64,000 nt of DNA from the human T2T-CHM13v2.0 reference genome, Homo sapiens (GCF_009914755.1 NC_060945.1); one strand, 5' to 3'; shown: positions 31,497-49,252, counted from the stretch's first letter. Numbers and translations: made by a program. The notes: a model not told the origin generated them from the sequence alone.

Positions 31497-32045
31497 TGTA
31501 TGAAGGAAACTAATATATTTTACCCCTAAATATATTTCCTTGATATATTTCAAAATGGCTATTGAGAAGGGCTGGAAATGCAAACTTAGCTGCAAAGCTG
31601 TCTTGGGGAGATTTGCACTGTTAGAGAATCTGCCTTGATGCAGCCAGGCTTTCTCTGAGTTCTGCCCCCTTGTCTGGATCTAGGAAAGGTTAACTGAGAG
31701 TCTGAGGTCTCCAAAGGTCTGAAAGAAACATTTTCTGTCCATTCTCTCTGAGGAATGCTCCCAGTGAGGTTCCACCTATGTAATAAGTCCACTGTTGCTA
31801 GCCAGGGTCGTTTTCTCACATAACCTTTTTTTATTTTCCCTGTGATCCAAGACCCCATTCTTTCTGTAAACTTCATGTGGTAGATAAGCTTCTGCACGCA
31901 TCGTGTGTCTGGGTCTTCGTTCTAAGGGCTCCAGTGTACACACATTGCAGAAACCTGTATGCCTTTTCTACTATTTATCTGCCTCCTATTAGTGATTTTC
32001 AGGGAAACTTCAGAAGGCAAAAGGGATATTCTCCTTTAGCCCATA
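31497..32045 (+). mobile_element. ERV1-class LTR (MER34/MER101-like)
   Basis: tgaaggaaac..tattttacccctaaatatatttc..ggagatttgca..gagaatctg motifs; subfamily uncertain. Confidence 0.65.
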
Positions 32046-32253
32046 CTCAGACAAAATCCCCCAACATTTAACTGATTCCTAATAGCTTAACATCACTTTG
32101 AAAAATCCATATATTTATAACCTTTTCTTCCCTCTATGATTTCTGGTCAGCTTGGGTTTTGTTTTTCATTCCATTTACTTCATCCTCAAAAAAAATCTAT
32201 TTTGCATCTATTTATTCTCATTTATGGACATGGAGAAAAGAAAATAACTTTCA

Positions 32254-32687
32254 TGTGAGAAATGCAAGTCCTTTTAAATAATCAGGCCCAGAGAGACATT
32301 CAAATGAGACAGCAGTTCTGTCCTGCTCCTCTTTGAGCTGTGTGTTCATCTAGGCTGCTTGCTGTTGCCACAGTAGCTATAAATTAACCAATAACGCCAT
32401 ACCAGACACTATAATCCACACCAAATTATAGTGTAACAGTGTATAGCCAGTCACTAATAAATGTTATTTCCATAAGCCAATGAGAATTTGTGACAAACCT
32501 CTTTGCATCATCCCACTTCTGGACCCTTTTTTGCCTTTAAGAAACTGCTTGTTGCAAAGCTCCAAAGGGAGTTCATATCCAAGGATACTTGGGTCTGTTC
32601 CTTCCAGGCAGCTGTCCTCATTGTGGCTCAAGTAAACTCTTTGAATTACGTTTTGTGCTTCAGCCCCTTCCACTTAGATTAATAACA
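32254..32687 (+). mobile_element. ERV1-class solo LTR, family uncertain
   Basis: TG...CA ends, agccaatgag box, ggcagctgtcctca...gtaaactctt 3' motif. Confidence 0.6.
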
Positions 32688-32799
32688 TGGATTTGTGTCA
32701 CCATGTACAGCAATTAAAATGTTTACACTTTTCCCCTCGAGGGCGCTGATGTGTTTTCCTGAGCACTTGGAATAGCTACGTAGTGTTTACTGTCTAGAT

Positions 32800-32995
32800 T
32801 ATGGTTTCTCAACCTTGGTGCTACTTACCTTTAGGACCAGAGGATTCTTTGTTGTGGGAGGCTGCCCTAGCAATGCTAGGTGTTTCGTTTGACCTCTAAA
32901 TTTCACACCTCCACCAGTCTTGACATCCCCACAATAACCCTAGACATTGACAAATGTCTCCTGGGGAAAACTCTCCACCAGTTGACAGCCAAAGT
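32800..32995 (+). mobile_element. MER20 (hAT-Charlie) DNA transposon
   Basis: tggtttctcaaccttgg..ttctttgttgtggg..ctagacattgacaaatgtc. Confidence 0.8.
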
Positions 32996-33964
32996 TCTGG
33001 AAATATTGGAATTGTCAATTGAGATTTTATGTTATCCAAAACAAATATTTTTCTTTGTTTTTAAACATCTACTTCCATCTACTTATCTACTTATTTTTAC
33101 TTTTATTTGTAACTTAATTCCATCAAGGAGAGAGAGTGCATTTTCTGTTATGCTAAATTTTTGAAGAATGTATTGATTTTTTCTGACCTGATATATGGAT
33201 GATATGTAGATATTACATGTTTGTATTATCAAATTTCAGGGCGATAATAAAATAAATACTTATAATATTTATATTGTCACTGTATATTAGTTATTTTCTT
33301 TCTTCACTACAGGAGTTTTTCAACCTATAGGCTATTTTTCAATTCTAGGTTATCCAGTAGATTTTGAAATGTTATGATTAAATATCTACTTCTCAAGCAT
33401 TCATCTTTGCAAATGAAACAATCCCAAGCTCTTATAATGCACATCATATAAAGGGCAGATTAGTCAATATATGGTTCAGAAATAATTATGTAATATTTAT
33501 AAGAAAATTAAAAATTTAGATCCTTAACTCAGATAACAATAATCCAAATTAAAATTTGATTTCATTACATAATTTTAAATGACACCAGAATACTAGTAAA
33601 AATGTAGATAAGTTTATATAATCTATTTTAGCTGTAGGACTTTATTAGCATAAATTCAAATACAGGAACCAAAGTAAGATTGTGACCTATAGTCAAAGGT
33701 TAAAATGTACACATTATAGGGGCATGATTAAACTAATTTAAAGCATAATAACATGGAGAAATATTGCAAAACATACATTTTACTGAATTAATTGTTAATA
33801 TCTAATCATTATGTCAGAACAAAATTAAAGAGTAGCTACACACGCACACACCCACACACAAGTGCAATATTGTCAAATAAACGATGTTCAGCTACACTAG
33901 AAATCACACCTGTGTTTTCTCCACAGAAAAGATTAAAAATCACAATAATATTTATTGTACATAT

Positions 33965-34900
<936 letters not shown>

Positions 34901-36265
34901 AGAAAAGACAAATATATAGGTGACAAATAATATTTAGAGTGTAAGACGCTTTTTAAAGGTGTATTTGCAATTTGTGTCATAACATTTAAATATACATTTA
35001 TTATTTTAACTATAAAATTTCAAATAATTTAAGCCAAATACATAGTATATGCAGAAAATTTAGCAATATATCTATGTAGCACCTTACTGTGCATTACTGT
35101 AACCAGCTGTCTAATATAAAGAATTAATTAAGGTAGCAGCTACTTTTCAAATAGCGCATTTTTTTCACAGACATATAAATAAGACAAATAACATTAAACT
35201 TTATTTTTAAATTTGCAGAATAGTGGTTTTCAGCAGATGGTTTATTTTAGCAAATTCCATCTTCACATTGTGCTATGCTTTTAAGAGTTCCCGCTGTTAA
35301 CGGATAATATTTTACTGCTGAAACTATCATGTTGTGATATAATTGCTCATTATGGGCCTTAAAACACAAGCAATATAATTATTTTCAACTTGGAGCAAAT
35401 TAAAATCTCATCGCAATTTAAAAACTCTAGAGTCTTCTTCTTCTGGTTATTTTAAACTTGTATTTTTCTCTTTATGTTTTTAGTGAGTTGTCTTATCAAG
35501 GAGAAGAACTCCAGCTGATTATTCTTTTTTTTCTCTTCCATCCACCTCGCAGGTGTGTTAATAATTTCATTTCTCAGAAAATGTTCTTTCATATCCATCT
35601 TACAAGATGAGAGACCTTTTAACATCTTCCATTCGGATGTGATACGAGTAATGGAAAATATTCCAGCTTCATGAATATGGTGATACAAATAGTTATCCGT
35701 CTAACCTCTTTCAGTGCCAAATGTTTACTTGACTCAGTGAATTACTCAGTTGACTGGTAATTTCTTCTGAAATCACTAATGAGAGGATCAGAGGTCTGGC
35801 TGTTGTCTGTACCTCATGTGACTCCCAGTGCAGACAATTGTTTCTATGGAGCACAGACAGTTGAAAGGATTGACTTCCTGCCTAGAATAGTTTCTGCTGT
35901 GCTTCTTATCCTTCTTGTGGAGATTTCAGATTGTCTGAATTGCTTTTCTTTCTTAAGAAAAAACGCAACAATTCTCCCACCTGAGAGGAATGTAAACTGT
36001 AGAAAGTTAGCAGAACCAATCCGTAAAGCTTTTACATTGTTTTTTGCAAAATGCAGCGCTGGTGTCTCCATCACTAACCTTTTCTATCCCTCGTTGCTCT
36101 TTCTATGACTGCAATAGGATACCTTTAGGCAAATCTGTATTCCCGAGACAGAGTGCCCTTTTGGTGAGCTATAAGCACACTCAATGGTAGGCTGAAATAC
36201 TAGCTTTTATCTATGGCGAAATGGAATCATATCAGTGATTTTTTTTAAAAAGGAAATTTAACTCT

Positions 36266-36400
36266 TGCTATGGTTTGAATGCTTGCCCCTTCCAATCTCA
36301 TGTTAAAATTTGATCCCCAATGTCGCAGGTGGGGCTTACTGGGAGGTGTTTGGTCATGGGGTTGGACCTTCATGAATGGATAATACCCTCCCTTAGAAAT
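36266..36400 (+). mobile_element. MST-type MaLR LTR 5' fragment
   Basis: tgctatggtttgaatg..ctcatgttaaaatttgatccccaatgt..gggaggtgtttggtcatgggg. Confidence 0.75.
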
Positions 36401-38984
36401 CTAAAGTTATCTTCCCTCCTCGGTGCCCTCAGGAATGAGTGTACCATTCTTTATTCACCTATAATTCCCCCACCCATCCTTTTTGAGATGTTAATTACAT
36501 GTATGTTACACTGCTGCATATTGTCTGATGTATCAGTGAGTTTCTGGCTTTCTTATTTTAGTTTACCCTTTGTCCTTTAGTTTGTAAAGCTTCTATTTTT
36601 TTTCTATAAATTTTCTGATGTTAGGGTAAAATCCATTACTTATTCCATCTCATGGAATTTTTATTTCAAATATTTATTTTTCATCTATACGTGTCACATT
36701 TTTCATTTTATAACTTCTATTTTTCTCCTATGTTCAATTTTCATTTAAGTACATTGACATATATATGTATTTATCTGTATGTATTCATAAAATATATTTA
36801 CTTTAAGGACCTTGAAATTTCCTTCTTTTCTGTCATTTATAAATGACTTATTTTTATCCTGTTAATATATATCTTAATTATATATATCTTACGGCTTCTT
36901 TGCATGTCAGAGTTTTTTTTTGGGGGGGGTATTTTGATGTTATGCTATTGAATATCTAGATTTTATTGGCTACCTTTGAACAATGTTGTGGCAGGCAGTT
37001 CAGTAACTTCAGGATGAGTATTTGTCTGTTGTTGTTTTAAATCTTCTCTTTAAACTTTGTGGAGTTAGTCTAGAGCCATCTGTAACTTGGAGCTAAATGA
37101 GCACTGTCACTAGGGTATGAACCTCCAGTGGTCTTTACTGAATATCCTGGAGGTGCAGAGGGGATTCCCTTCTCTGGCTGGTCAGAGCTAACGTGTCTTC
37201 CTGTCATGTGATTCCAGAGAAGTGTTCTTCTTCCAACTCCCTGGTAGTGTCCTTTGCTGAGCTCCTTAGAATTTCATCCTATGTACATTTGGCTTAGGGA
37301 CTTGAGAGAATCCTTAGGCTGATTCTTGGTTCCTTTTTCTGTAAACGTTCTCTTCTACTACACATTCCAGCTGCTTAACCTTTTTTGATTTTTATCTGGT
37401 TCCTCAGTGCAATGACAACGTCTGCTCTCTCTGTGATTCCTCTCTACTGCTGTCACGGAGAATCTGGGAATAAAGCAGGACTCATTCTGGCTCCTTCTCT
37501 TCTCTTGCTGAGCACAGTCCTGTGCTGCCTGATGTTCAGTACTTCAAAAAAATGTTTCATATATTTTGTTCAGTTTACTATTCTTTAACTCTAAAAGAGT
37601 AACTCCAGTTCCAGTTACAGCATCATGTTCTGTAACTCTACTCCTTGTTGCTTCATTCTGCCATTGTCTGGTATGATCGCCCCTTTCCCTTCTGTAATCA
37701 GGCCAAGAGCATAATATAATACTAGTTATAACTGCACAGGTTGCCTCCGTTGTGTAAAAAAATCACTGAGACTTAACTGTGTCCAACTTTTAAAATGTGA
37801 ATATAAGTACAACTAAAGCTATATTTTGGTTAATATTTGCATTGCATGCTTTTCCATTATTTACTTTCAACATATGTGAAATATGAATATAAATTATAAA
37901 AACTTTAAGAGAGTCCATTTAAAAAATCTGGTCTGGTTATGTTTTACCTGGTTTAATACAACGTTCATTCTTGAATTCAGGGTCTAATATAATTGGTACA
38001 TTTGTCTATTTGCAAAAAAAAAAAACCTTGACAATATTTTAAAATTAATTTATCCAACTCACAACTTATATGCTTCTGCCGTTGTATGGAAGATACATTT
38101 TAAACTTTATGTGATAGCATCCTGTTATACAGTCGATATCCAATTAAATTTCTCTCTATGTTTATTTCTTTCATTAAAAAATTGTTCTTCTAACTGCAAA
38201 CTTTCATCAGGGATCATGGCTCTTCTATCTGAAGAATAATCTTCAGTATTTCTTTTCCTGTGGGACTGCTTGGGAGAAATTCTTTATTGTATCTTTGCTT
38301 TTGATGGATATGTCCACCAAATAGACAGTTCTAGGTCAGCACTTATTTTATTTCAGGACTTGAAAGATATCAATACCTCACTTGTTGGCTTTCGTTGTTT
38401 CATTTGAGAAAGTTGTTATCAGTCAACTCTTTCTCTTTGTAGTTACCCCAATTTTTTTATCAAGTGCTCTTTACATTTTTCTTTTACTTTTCAGAAATTG
38501 TACCATTATGTTTCTAGATGTGTCCTCTGTGTGTGTTTTCCTTTGCTTTGAAAAGCCTCCTGAACCTGTGGTTTAATATTATTGGTCAATTTTGATAAAA
38601 CCTCTAACATTGTCACTTAAAATGTTGTTCAGAGAAGCTGTTTTCTCCTTCTTAGATTTCAACGTGTTAGATTATTACTCTATCCTTCTTATTTTTTAAA
38701 TGACCTTACTCTACAATTTTTTTAGTTGGTTAATCTGTATTAGTGTATATTTTGTTATTTTATTCTATTTTATTTTATTATTATACCTTAAGTTTTAGGA
38801 TACATGTGCACCATGTGCAGGTTTGTAACATAAGTGTTCATGTGCCATGTTGGTGTGCTGCACTCATTAACTCGTCATTTAGCATTAGTTATATCTCTTA
38901 ATGCTATCCCTCCCCACTCCCCCCACCCCACAACAGTCCCTGGTGTGTGATGTTCCCCTTCCTGTGTCCATGTGTTCTCATTGT

Positions 38985-42803
<3,819 letters not shown>

Positions 42804-42866
42804 TATGATGTTAGCTGGTTATTTTGCTTGTTAGTTGATGCAGTTTCTTCCTAGTCTCGATGGTCT

Positions 42867-43883
42867 TCACAATTTGGCATGTTTTTGCAGTGGCTGGTAC
42901 CAGTTGTCCTTTTCCATGTTTAGTGCTTCCTTCAGGAGCACTTTTAGGGCAGGCCTGGTGGTGATAAAATCTCTCAGCATTTGCTTGTCTGTAAAGTATT
43001 TTATTTCTCCTTCACTTATGAAGCTTAGTTTGGCTGGATATGAAATTCTGGGTTGAAAATTCTTTTCTTTAAGAATGTTGAATATTGGCCCCCAATCTCT
43101 TCTGGCTTGAAGAATTTCTGCCGAGAGATCAGCTGTTAGTCTGATGGGCTTCCCTTTGTGGGTAACCCGACCTTTCTCTCTGGCTGCCCTTAACATTTTT
43201 TCCTTCATTTCAACTTTGGTGAATTTGACAATTATGTGTCTTGGAGTTTCTCTTATTGAGGAGTATCTTTGTGGCGTTCTCTGTGTTTCCTGAATCTGAA
43301 TGTTGGCCTGCCTTGCTAGATTGGGGAAGTCCTCCTGGATAATATCTTGCAGAGTGTTTTCCAACTTAGTTCCATTCTCCCCATCACTTTCAGGTACACC
43401 AATCAGACGTAGGTTTCATCTTTTCACATAGTCCCATATTTCTTGGAGGCTTTGTTCGTTTCTTTTTATTCTTTTTTCTCTAAACTTCCCTTCTCCCTTC
43501 ATTTAATTCATTTCATCTTCCATCACTGATACTCTTTCTTCCAGTTGATTGCATCGGCTCCTGAGGCTTCTGCCTTCTTCACGTAGTTCTCGAAACTTGG
43601 CTTTCAGCTCCATCAGATACTTTAAGCATTTCTCTGCATTGATTATTCCAGTTATACATTCGTCTAATTGTTTTTCAAAGTTTTTAACTTCTTTGCTATT
43701 GGTTTGAATTTCCTCCTGTAGCTTGCAGTAGTTTGATCATCTGAAGCCTCCTTCTCTCAAATCGTCAAAGTTATTCTCTGTCCAGTTTTATTCCATTGCT
43801 GTTGAGGAACTGCGTTCCTTTGGAGAAGGAGAGGCACTCTGCTTTTTAGAGTTTCCAGTTTTTCTGCTCTGTTTTCTCCCCAT
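42867..43883 (-). pseudogene. L1 ORF1, disrupted
   Basis: ATG at 43883; only the C-terminal part 42867-43364 (…YPAKLSF…) is a long open frame. Confidence 0.9.
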
Positions 43884-44454
43884 CTTTGTGGTTTTATCAA
43901 CTTTTGGTCTTTGATGATGGTGATGTACAGATGGGTTTTTGGTGTGGGTGTTCTGTTTGTTAGTTTTCCTTCTAACAGACAGGACCCTCAGCTGCAGGTC
44001 TGTTGGAGTTTGCTAGAGGTCCACGCCGGACCCTGTTTGCCTGGGTATCAGCAGCAGTGGCTGCAGAACAGCGGATTTTCGTGAACAACAAATTCAGCTG
44101 TCTGATCATTCCTCTGGAAGTTTGGTCTCAGAGGACTACCCGGTCGAGTGAGGTGTCAGTCTGTCCCTACAGGGGAGTGCCTCCCAGTTAGGCTGCTCGG
44201 GGTTCAGTGACCCACTTTAGGAGGCAGTCTGCCCAGTCTCAGATCTCCAGTTGCGTGTTGGGAGAACCACTACTCTCTTCAAAGCTGTCAGATAGGGACA
44301 TTTAATCTGCAGAGGTTACTGCTGACTTTTTGTTTGTCTGTGCCCTGCCCCCAGAGGTGGAGCCTACAGAGGCAGACAGGCCTCCTGGAGCTGTGGTGGG
44401 CTCCACCCAGTTCCAGCTGCCTGGCTGCTTTGTTTACCTAAGAAAGCCTGGGCA

Positions 44455-44709
44455 ATGGCGGGCCCCACTGCCCCAGCCTCGCTGCCGCCTTGCAGTTTGA
44501 TCTCAGAGTGCCATGCTAGCAATCAGCAAGTCTCCATTGGCATAAGACCCTCCAAGACAGGTGCAGGACACAATCTCCTGGTGTGCCGTTTTCCAAGCCT
44601 GTTGGAAAAGTGCAGTATTAGGGTGAGAGTGACCCGATTTTCCAGGTGCCATCTGTCACCCCTTTCTTTGACTAGGAAAGGGAACTCCCTGACCCCTTGT
44701 GCTTCCTGA
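44455..44709 (+). CDS. L1 ORF0 homolog (antisense ORF of the L1 5' UTR), 84 aa; expression unknown
   Basis: MAGPTAPASLPPCSLISECHASNQ... resembles remembered ORF0 (MAGAPPPASLPPCSLISDCCASNQ). Confidence 0.7.
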   Translation: MAGPTAPASLPPCSLISECHASNQQVSIGIRPSKTGAGHNLLVCRFPSLLEKCSIRVRVTRFSRCHLSPLSLTRKGNSLTPCAS

Positions 44710-44907
44710 GTGAGGCAATGCCTCGCCCAGCTTCGGCTCCCACACGGTGGGCTATACCCACTGTCCTGCACCCACTGTTTGGCACTCCCTTAGTGAGATG
44801 AACCTGGTACCTTAGATGGAAATGCAGAAATCACCCGTCTTCTGTGTCACTCACGCTGGGAGCTGTAGACCGGAGCTGTTCCTGTTCGGCCATCTTGGCT
44901 CCACCCC

Positions 44908-45257
44908 TCATTTCATTATTTCATCATTTCACTTCATTTCATCATTTCATTTCATCATTTCATACCATTTCTTCATTTCATCATTTCGTTTCATTTCACC
45001 ATTTCACTTCATCATTTCATTTCAGCATTTCATTTCATTTCCTCATTTCATTCCACCATTTCATTTCATCATTTCATTTCATCTCATCATTTCATTTCAT
45101 CATTTCATTTCAGCATTTCATTTCATCATTTCACCATTTCACTTTATCTCATCATTTCATTTCATTTCATCATTTTATCATTTCATTTCATTTCATCATT
45201 TCATTTCATCATTTCATTTCATTTCATGTCATCATTTCATCATTTCATTTCATTTCA
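44908..45257. repeat. (CATTT)n / CATCATTT satellite-like islet
   Basis: 350 bp of degenerate CATTT pentamers, an AT-richer relative of the HSat2/3 CATTC pentamer. Confidence 0.9.
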
Positions 45258-46129
45258 GTGATACATGTATTTAAGTACTAATGTGATGCCCAGGAGACAC
45301 CCTATTTCCCTTTGTAAAACACCTCCTTCAACAAAAGTCAACCTCTCATGGCTGGCTAAGTCTACAGGGATACCAGCCTCTCTTCAACCACCCAATTTGA
45401 TTCAGAACCTCAAACAGCACCTCAGTTTCATAAAAACCTAAAACATAAACACAACACTTGGTTGTAAGTGAGCCAACAGTTTCTTGTCTCTTTCTCCACT
45501 CAAGGCTTAAGGCCGTGTCTACCCAACTATGTTCAGTGGAAGAAAAGATCCCCTGGACGAATAAGTTTGAGAACTGTTTTTGCAGGACTTCTCAGAACCT
45601 TTAAAACACAAATAGTCATCCGCAGGGATCTTCAGGAGGGAGATGGCTGATGCACAACAAATTTCTTTCACAGGAGTATCTTACAGAATACAGTATGAGA
45701 CGCAGAAATGCTGCATTGAGTCTTTTTAAGGGCCCGGGCCTTTGTGGCATTGGGGTAGGAGCTGTCCAGATAGCATCTAATGAGTAGGAACATTCAGGTT
45801 GCTTTTTTTTTCCTTACTGGCAAAACTGTGTGTGCATCATGAATGAAGCCAGTCTCCCTTATCCATATCAAAACTAAACCCAAATTAATTGGCTAAATTG
45901 GCACTCAACATCTCCAGGAGCCATGCGGAAGAAAGCCCCACCACACTTTAAAGTAGCTTACCTCATATTTGATGAAAGCAAAACACTTATGACCAGTGTG
46001 CTGCTAATACAAGTCAACAGATAATGCTGTATGAAAAATTATTTTTCCCAATTATAGCTAGCATAGTCCACATTTTGCATTACACTTTCCCCCCTTTTTT
46101 AAAATTTTAAACACAGGTCCTTTTCTCTC

Positions 46130-46273
46130 CTTTTTTTAAATTTTAATTTAATTATACAAGACGGAGTCTCAGTATGTTGCCCAGGCTGGTCTTCAACTCC
46201 TGAGATCAAGCGATACATCCGTCTCCGCCTCCCAAAGTGCTGAGATTACAGGCCTGAGACACTGTGCCTGGCC
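46130..46273 (-). mobile_element. Alu monomer (FLAM-like)
   Basis: Single arm ...tgttgcccaggctggtc...gattacaggc...cctggcc. Confidence 0.85.
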
Positions 46274-46644
46274 TTAAACACAAATCTTAATTCATTCTTA
46301 CAATTATCCTGAGGTTAGAAAAATGGAAGGCGAAGAAAAATGGCAACATTATTTGGAAGGCTGACTTCGGCTACATTATTTGGAAGGACAGTTTGCTCGG
46401 TTAAAACACACTACTGCCCACAAAGGCCAAGACAACAGAAAAATACAGACATATAAATAGATTTTATATGTGACAGCAGTTTGAATGGAGACTTTTTCAA
46501 TGCAAATGACAAACAGCTGTCCTTGGGAATAAATGACAACGAATTTTTTTTATCTCAACAGCTGTCCTGAGAGCATGTCTCTACATCTCTACCTGCATTC
46601 TGGAATCAGGGAGAAAGCCAAAACGGACGACAAGACACTAGATC

Positions 46645-46834
46645 AGCTGTGTCCAACCCTTTGACTACAAGGACTTTTCCGCCTATCTGTGGTGGTGGGT
46701 ATCAGAAAATTATGCAAAAACCTTTTTTTTTTTAAGCTCATAAGCTATTGTTAGCAGTAGTGTATTTTATGTGTGGCCCAGGAGCATTCTTCTTCCAATG
46801 TGGCCCTGAAAAACCAAAAGACTGGACACCTGTG
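46645..46834 (-). mobile_element. MER30-like DNA transposon
   Basis: Reverse complement reads ggtgtccagtcttttgg..gggccacattggaagaag..gggccacacataaaatacacta. Confidence 0.75.
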
Positions 46835-46949
46835 CACTAGATCAAAAGGCTACTCCTTCTGGAAGCAATTGTAAAGAATTTCTGACATTATCTTGACATG
46901 AAAACCAATGGATAGTGGGACAGAATGAAAAATCTTCAAGAATTTTTCT

Positions 46950-47222
46950 TGTTTTTTTTTTTTTTTTTTTTTTTTTGAGTCAAGGTGTTGCTCTGTGGCT
47001 CAGGCTGGAATACACTGGTGAGATCACAGATCAGTGCAGGCTCAAGTGCTCCTCCCGCCTCAGCCACAGTAGTAGCTAGGACTACAGATGTGCACAACCA
47101 CTCCTGGCTAAAATTTTATTTTTTGTAGACGTAGGATCTCACTATATTGTCCAGGTTGGTCTCAAACTCCTTGACTCAAGGGATCCAGGACAGGATAACA
47201 GGCATGAGTCACCACACCTGGC
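46950..47222 (-). mobile_element. AluJ-like SINE
   Basis: Poly(T) then a diverged Alu body ending ccacacctggc. Confidence 0.9.
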
Positions 47223-48047
47223 TATGTGCATGAACTTTTAAGACAAATACAAGGCTCCACAAAAGTTAAGGTTTTCCCACCTAATTTCCAGGGGATCTTT
47301 TGGTGCAAGGATGAGAAACCCTTAAAAGTACACAGACAACTCCAAAGATTCAAGAGAGTTCATTTGGGCTGAGCCAGCCCACTGGGCAGACTGACCTTCA
47401 AACAAGGCCCACCCATGACATACACCAGATGGCTCTCCAAGAATCTCTCCAGTTCTCAGGGTCGCTAAGGTACTGGACAGAGCTAGGAAAGCAAACCCAT
47501 TTGCTTCTTCCTGCACGAACCCCCTTGAGGTCAAGAACCCACAATCAGATGAGGATGGAGTAGCTCACCCTCAGTCAACAGTCCAGACTCAAGGTGGTAT
47601 AATGTCTTAACCAAGGGTGTGGGACTCCAGGTCTGAATCCCAACTCAGTTCTCCTTTGATAACCACACTTTGTTAATTTTCCTTAACAGGGGTTCCTGGC
47701 AAGTCATTTCTCCCTCAGGCCTTCGGTTTCCTCACCTACAACATGAGAAGGCTGCACCAGATGGAAATTCAGGGCATAAGGGGACGTCCGCGCACAGCCC
47801 ACCCCGCCCACGGGCCCCTCGAGCCTCCATCACAGTTCCCAACACACACCCGCCCCACAAATCCTGCCCAAGGTGAGGGCTGGTCCCCGGTCCTCCGGCT
47901 GCTGCATCAGCGAGTGCAGGAGGGAGGAGAAGCCTCCAAGGGAGCGACGCGGGCTCAAGGATGCAACTCGGCCAGGAGTGAACTGGGGCCTCGAGGGAGA
48001 TGTCCAGTCCGGTGCTGGAGCCCAACCCTGGTCCCCGACCCCGTTAC

Positions 48048-48430
48048 CTCCATGGTCCTTATCTTCTGCTGGGTGAGGTCCTTGGACACAGCGCACTTGG
48101 TGCGCAGCCCGCGCAGGCTGCCAACGGAGATGCGGATGAGCTTCTGGAGCTGCCCGCACTGCCGCAGCGCCTGGCTGGCCGCGACTCCTGCGCCTCCCTC
48201 CGCGATAGCCCTGTTACCCCCGCCACCGTCCTCCTTCCTCTCTCCCATCGGGGCCGAGCGCAGCGCTGCTCTATGCATGCTGCAGCGGCCCAGGAGCGGA
48301 GCCTAAGGCGTGGGTGTCTAGGCAAGGAACCCCCAAACCGGGAGAGCTGGACCAGGAGCGACCCTCGGCACTGCCTTAGCCAGGACGCCAGTAGATCTGG
48401 CAGCCGAATCTGCCGATCCCGCCCTCAGAC
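48048..48430 (-). pseudogene. KSR1: Duplicated KSR1 exon 1 (coding 48048-48278 plus GC-rich 5' leader), unprocessed fragment
   Basis: [21 protein letters not shown]...[41 protein letters not shown] is colinear with remembered KSR1 aa 1-77 (about 80% identical). Phase-0 donor GAG|GTAACG at 48047. No second exon recognised. Confidence 0.92.
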
Positions 48431-49102
48431 CCGCGGCGGTAGGGGCAAAAAGCTGCGACGGCGGGGTTAAAAAGCCGCAGCGGTAAAAACCTGCGGCGGC
48501 GGGAGTAAAAAGCCGCGTCGACAAAAAGCCGTGGCGGCGGGGAAAAAGCCGCGGTGGTGGGGGCAAAAAGCCGCGGCGGCGGGGGCAAAAAACCACAAAA
48601 AGCCGCGGCGGCGGGCGCAAAAAGCCGCAACGGTGGGGGCAAAAATCCGGGGCGGTGGGGGAAAAAGCCGGGGCGACGGGGGCAAAAAGCTGCGGTGACG
48701 GGGGCAAAAAGCCGTAAAAAGCCGCAGCGTCGGGGGCAAAAAGCAGCAAAAAGCCTGGGCGGCGGGGGCAAGAAGCTGCGGCGGGAAAAACCTGGGGCGG
48801 CGGGGGCTAAAAGCCGTAAAAAGCCGCGGCGCCGGGGGCCAAAAGCCATAAAAAGCCGCGGCGGCGGTGGCAAAAAGCCGCGGCTGAAAAAGTCGCGGTG
48901 GCGGGGCCAAAAAGCCGCGGCGGCGAGGGGAGAAAGACGCAAAAAGCTTCAGCGGCAAAAAGCCGCGGCGGCGAGGGCAAAGAGCCCCAAAATGCCGCGG
49001 CGGCAGGGGCTAAATTCCGCGAGGCTGGGGGCAGAAAGACGTAAAAACCCGCAGCGGCGGCAGGAAAAATCCACGGCGGCAAAAAGCCGCGTCGGCGGGG
49101 GC
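48431..49102. repeat. GC-rich CAAAAAG-type tandem array 2
   Basis: Same unit and orientation as 14787-16510, about 670 bp. Confidence 0.95.
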
Positions 49103-49242
49103 AAAATAGTGGAAATGGGGTAGAAGGCCAGCACAGCTTTGCATTCCTGGAGTGTGATGTGGAAGGAAAAGTGCAGAGGAAGACAAACAAAGATGTAAGT
49201 AGGCTTGACTCAGTGCAGCTAAGAGCCCAGATGTTATCTTGA
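49103..49242 (+). repeat. Shared array flank, copy 2
   Basis: Direct repeat of 16511-16649. Confidence 0.93.
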
Positions 49243-49252
49243 TGTTATCTAT

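Noticed and set aside
44816-45281. His/Phe-rich ORFs
   Set aside because: Translations of (CATTT)n.
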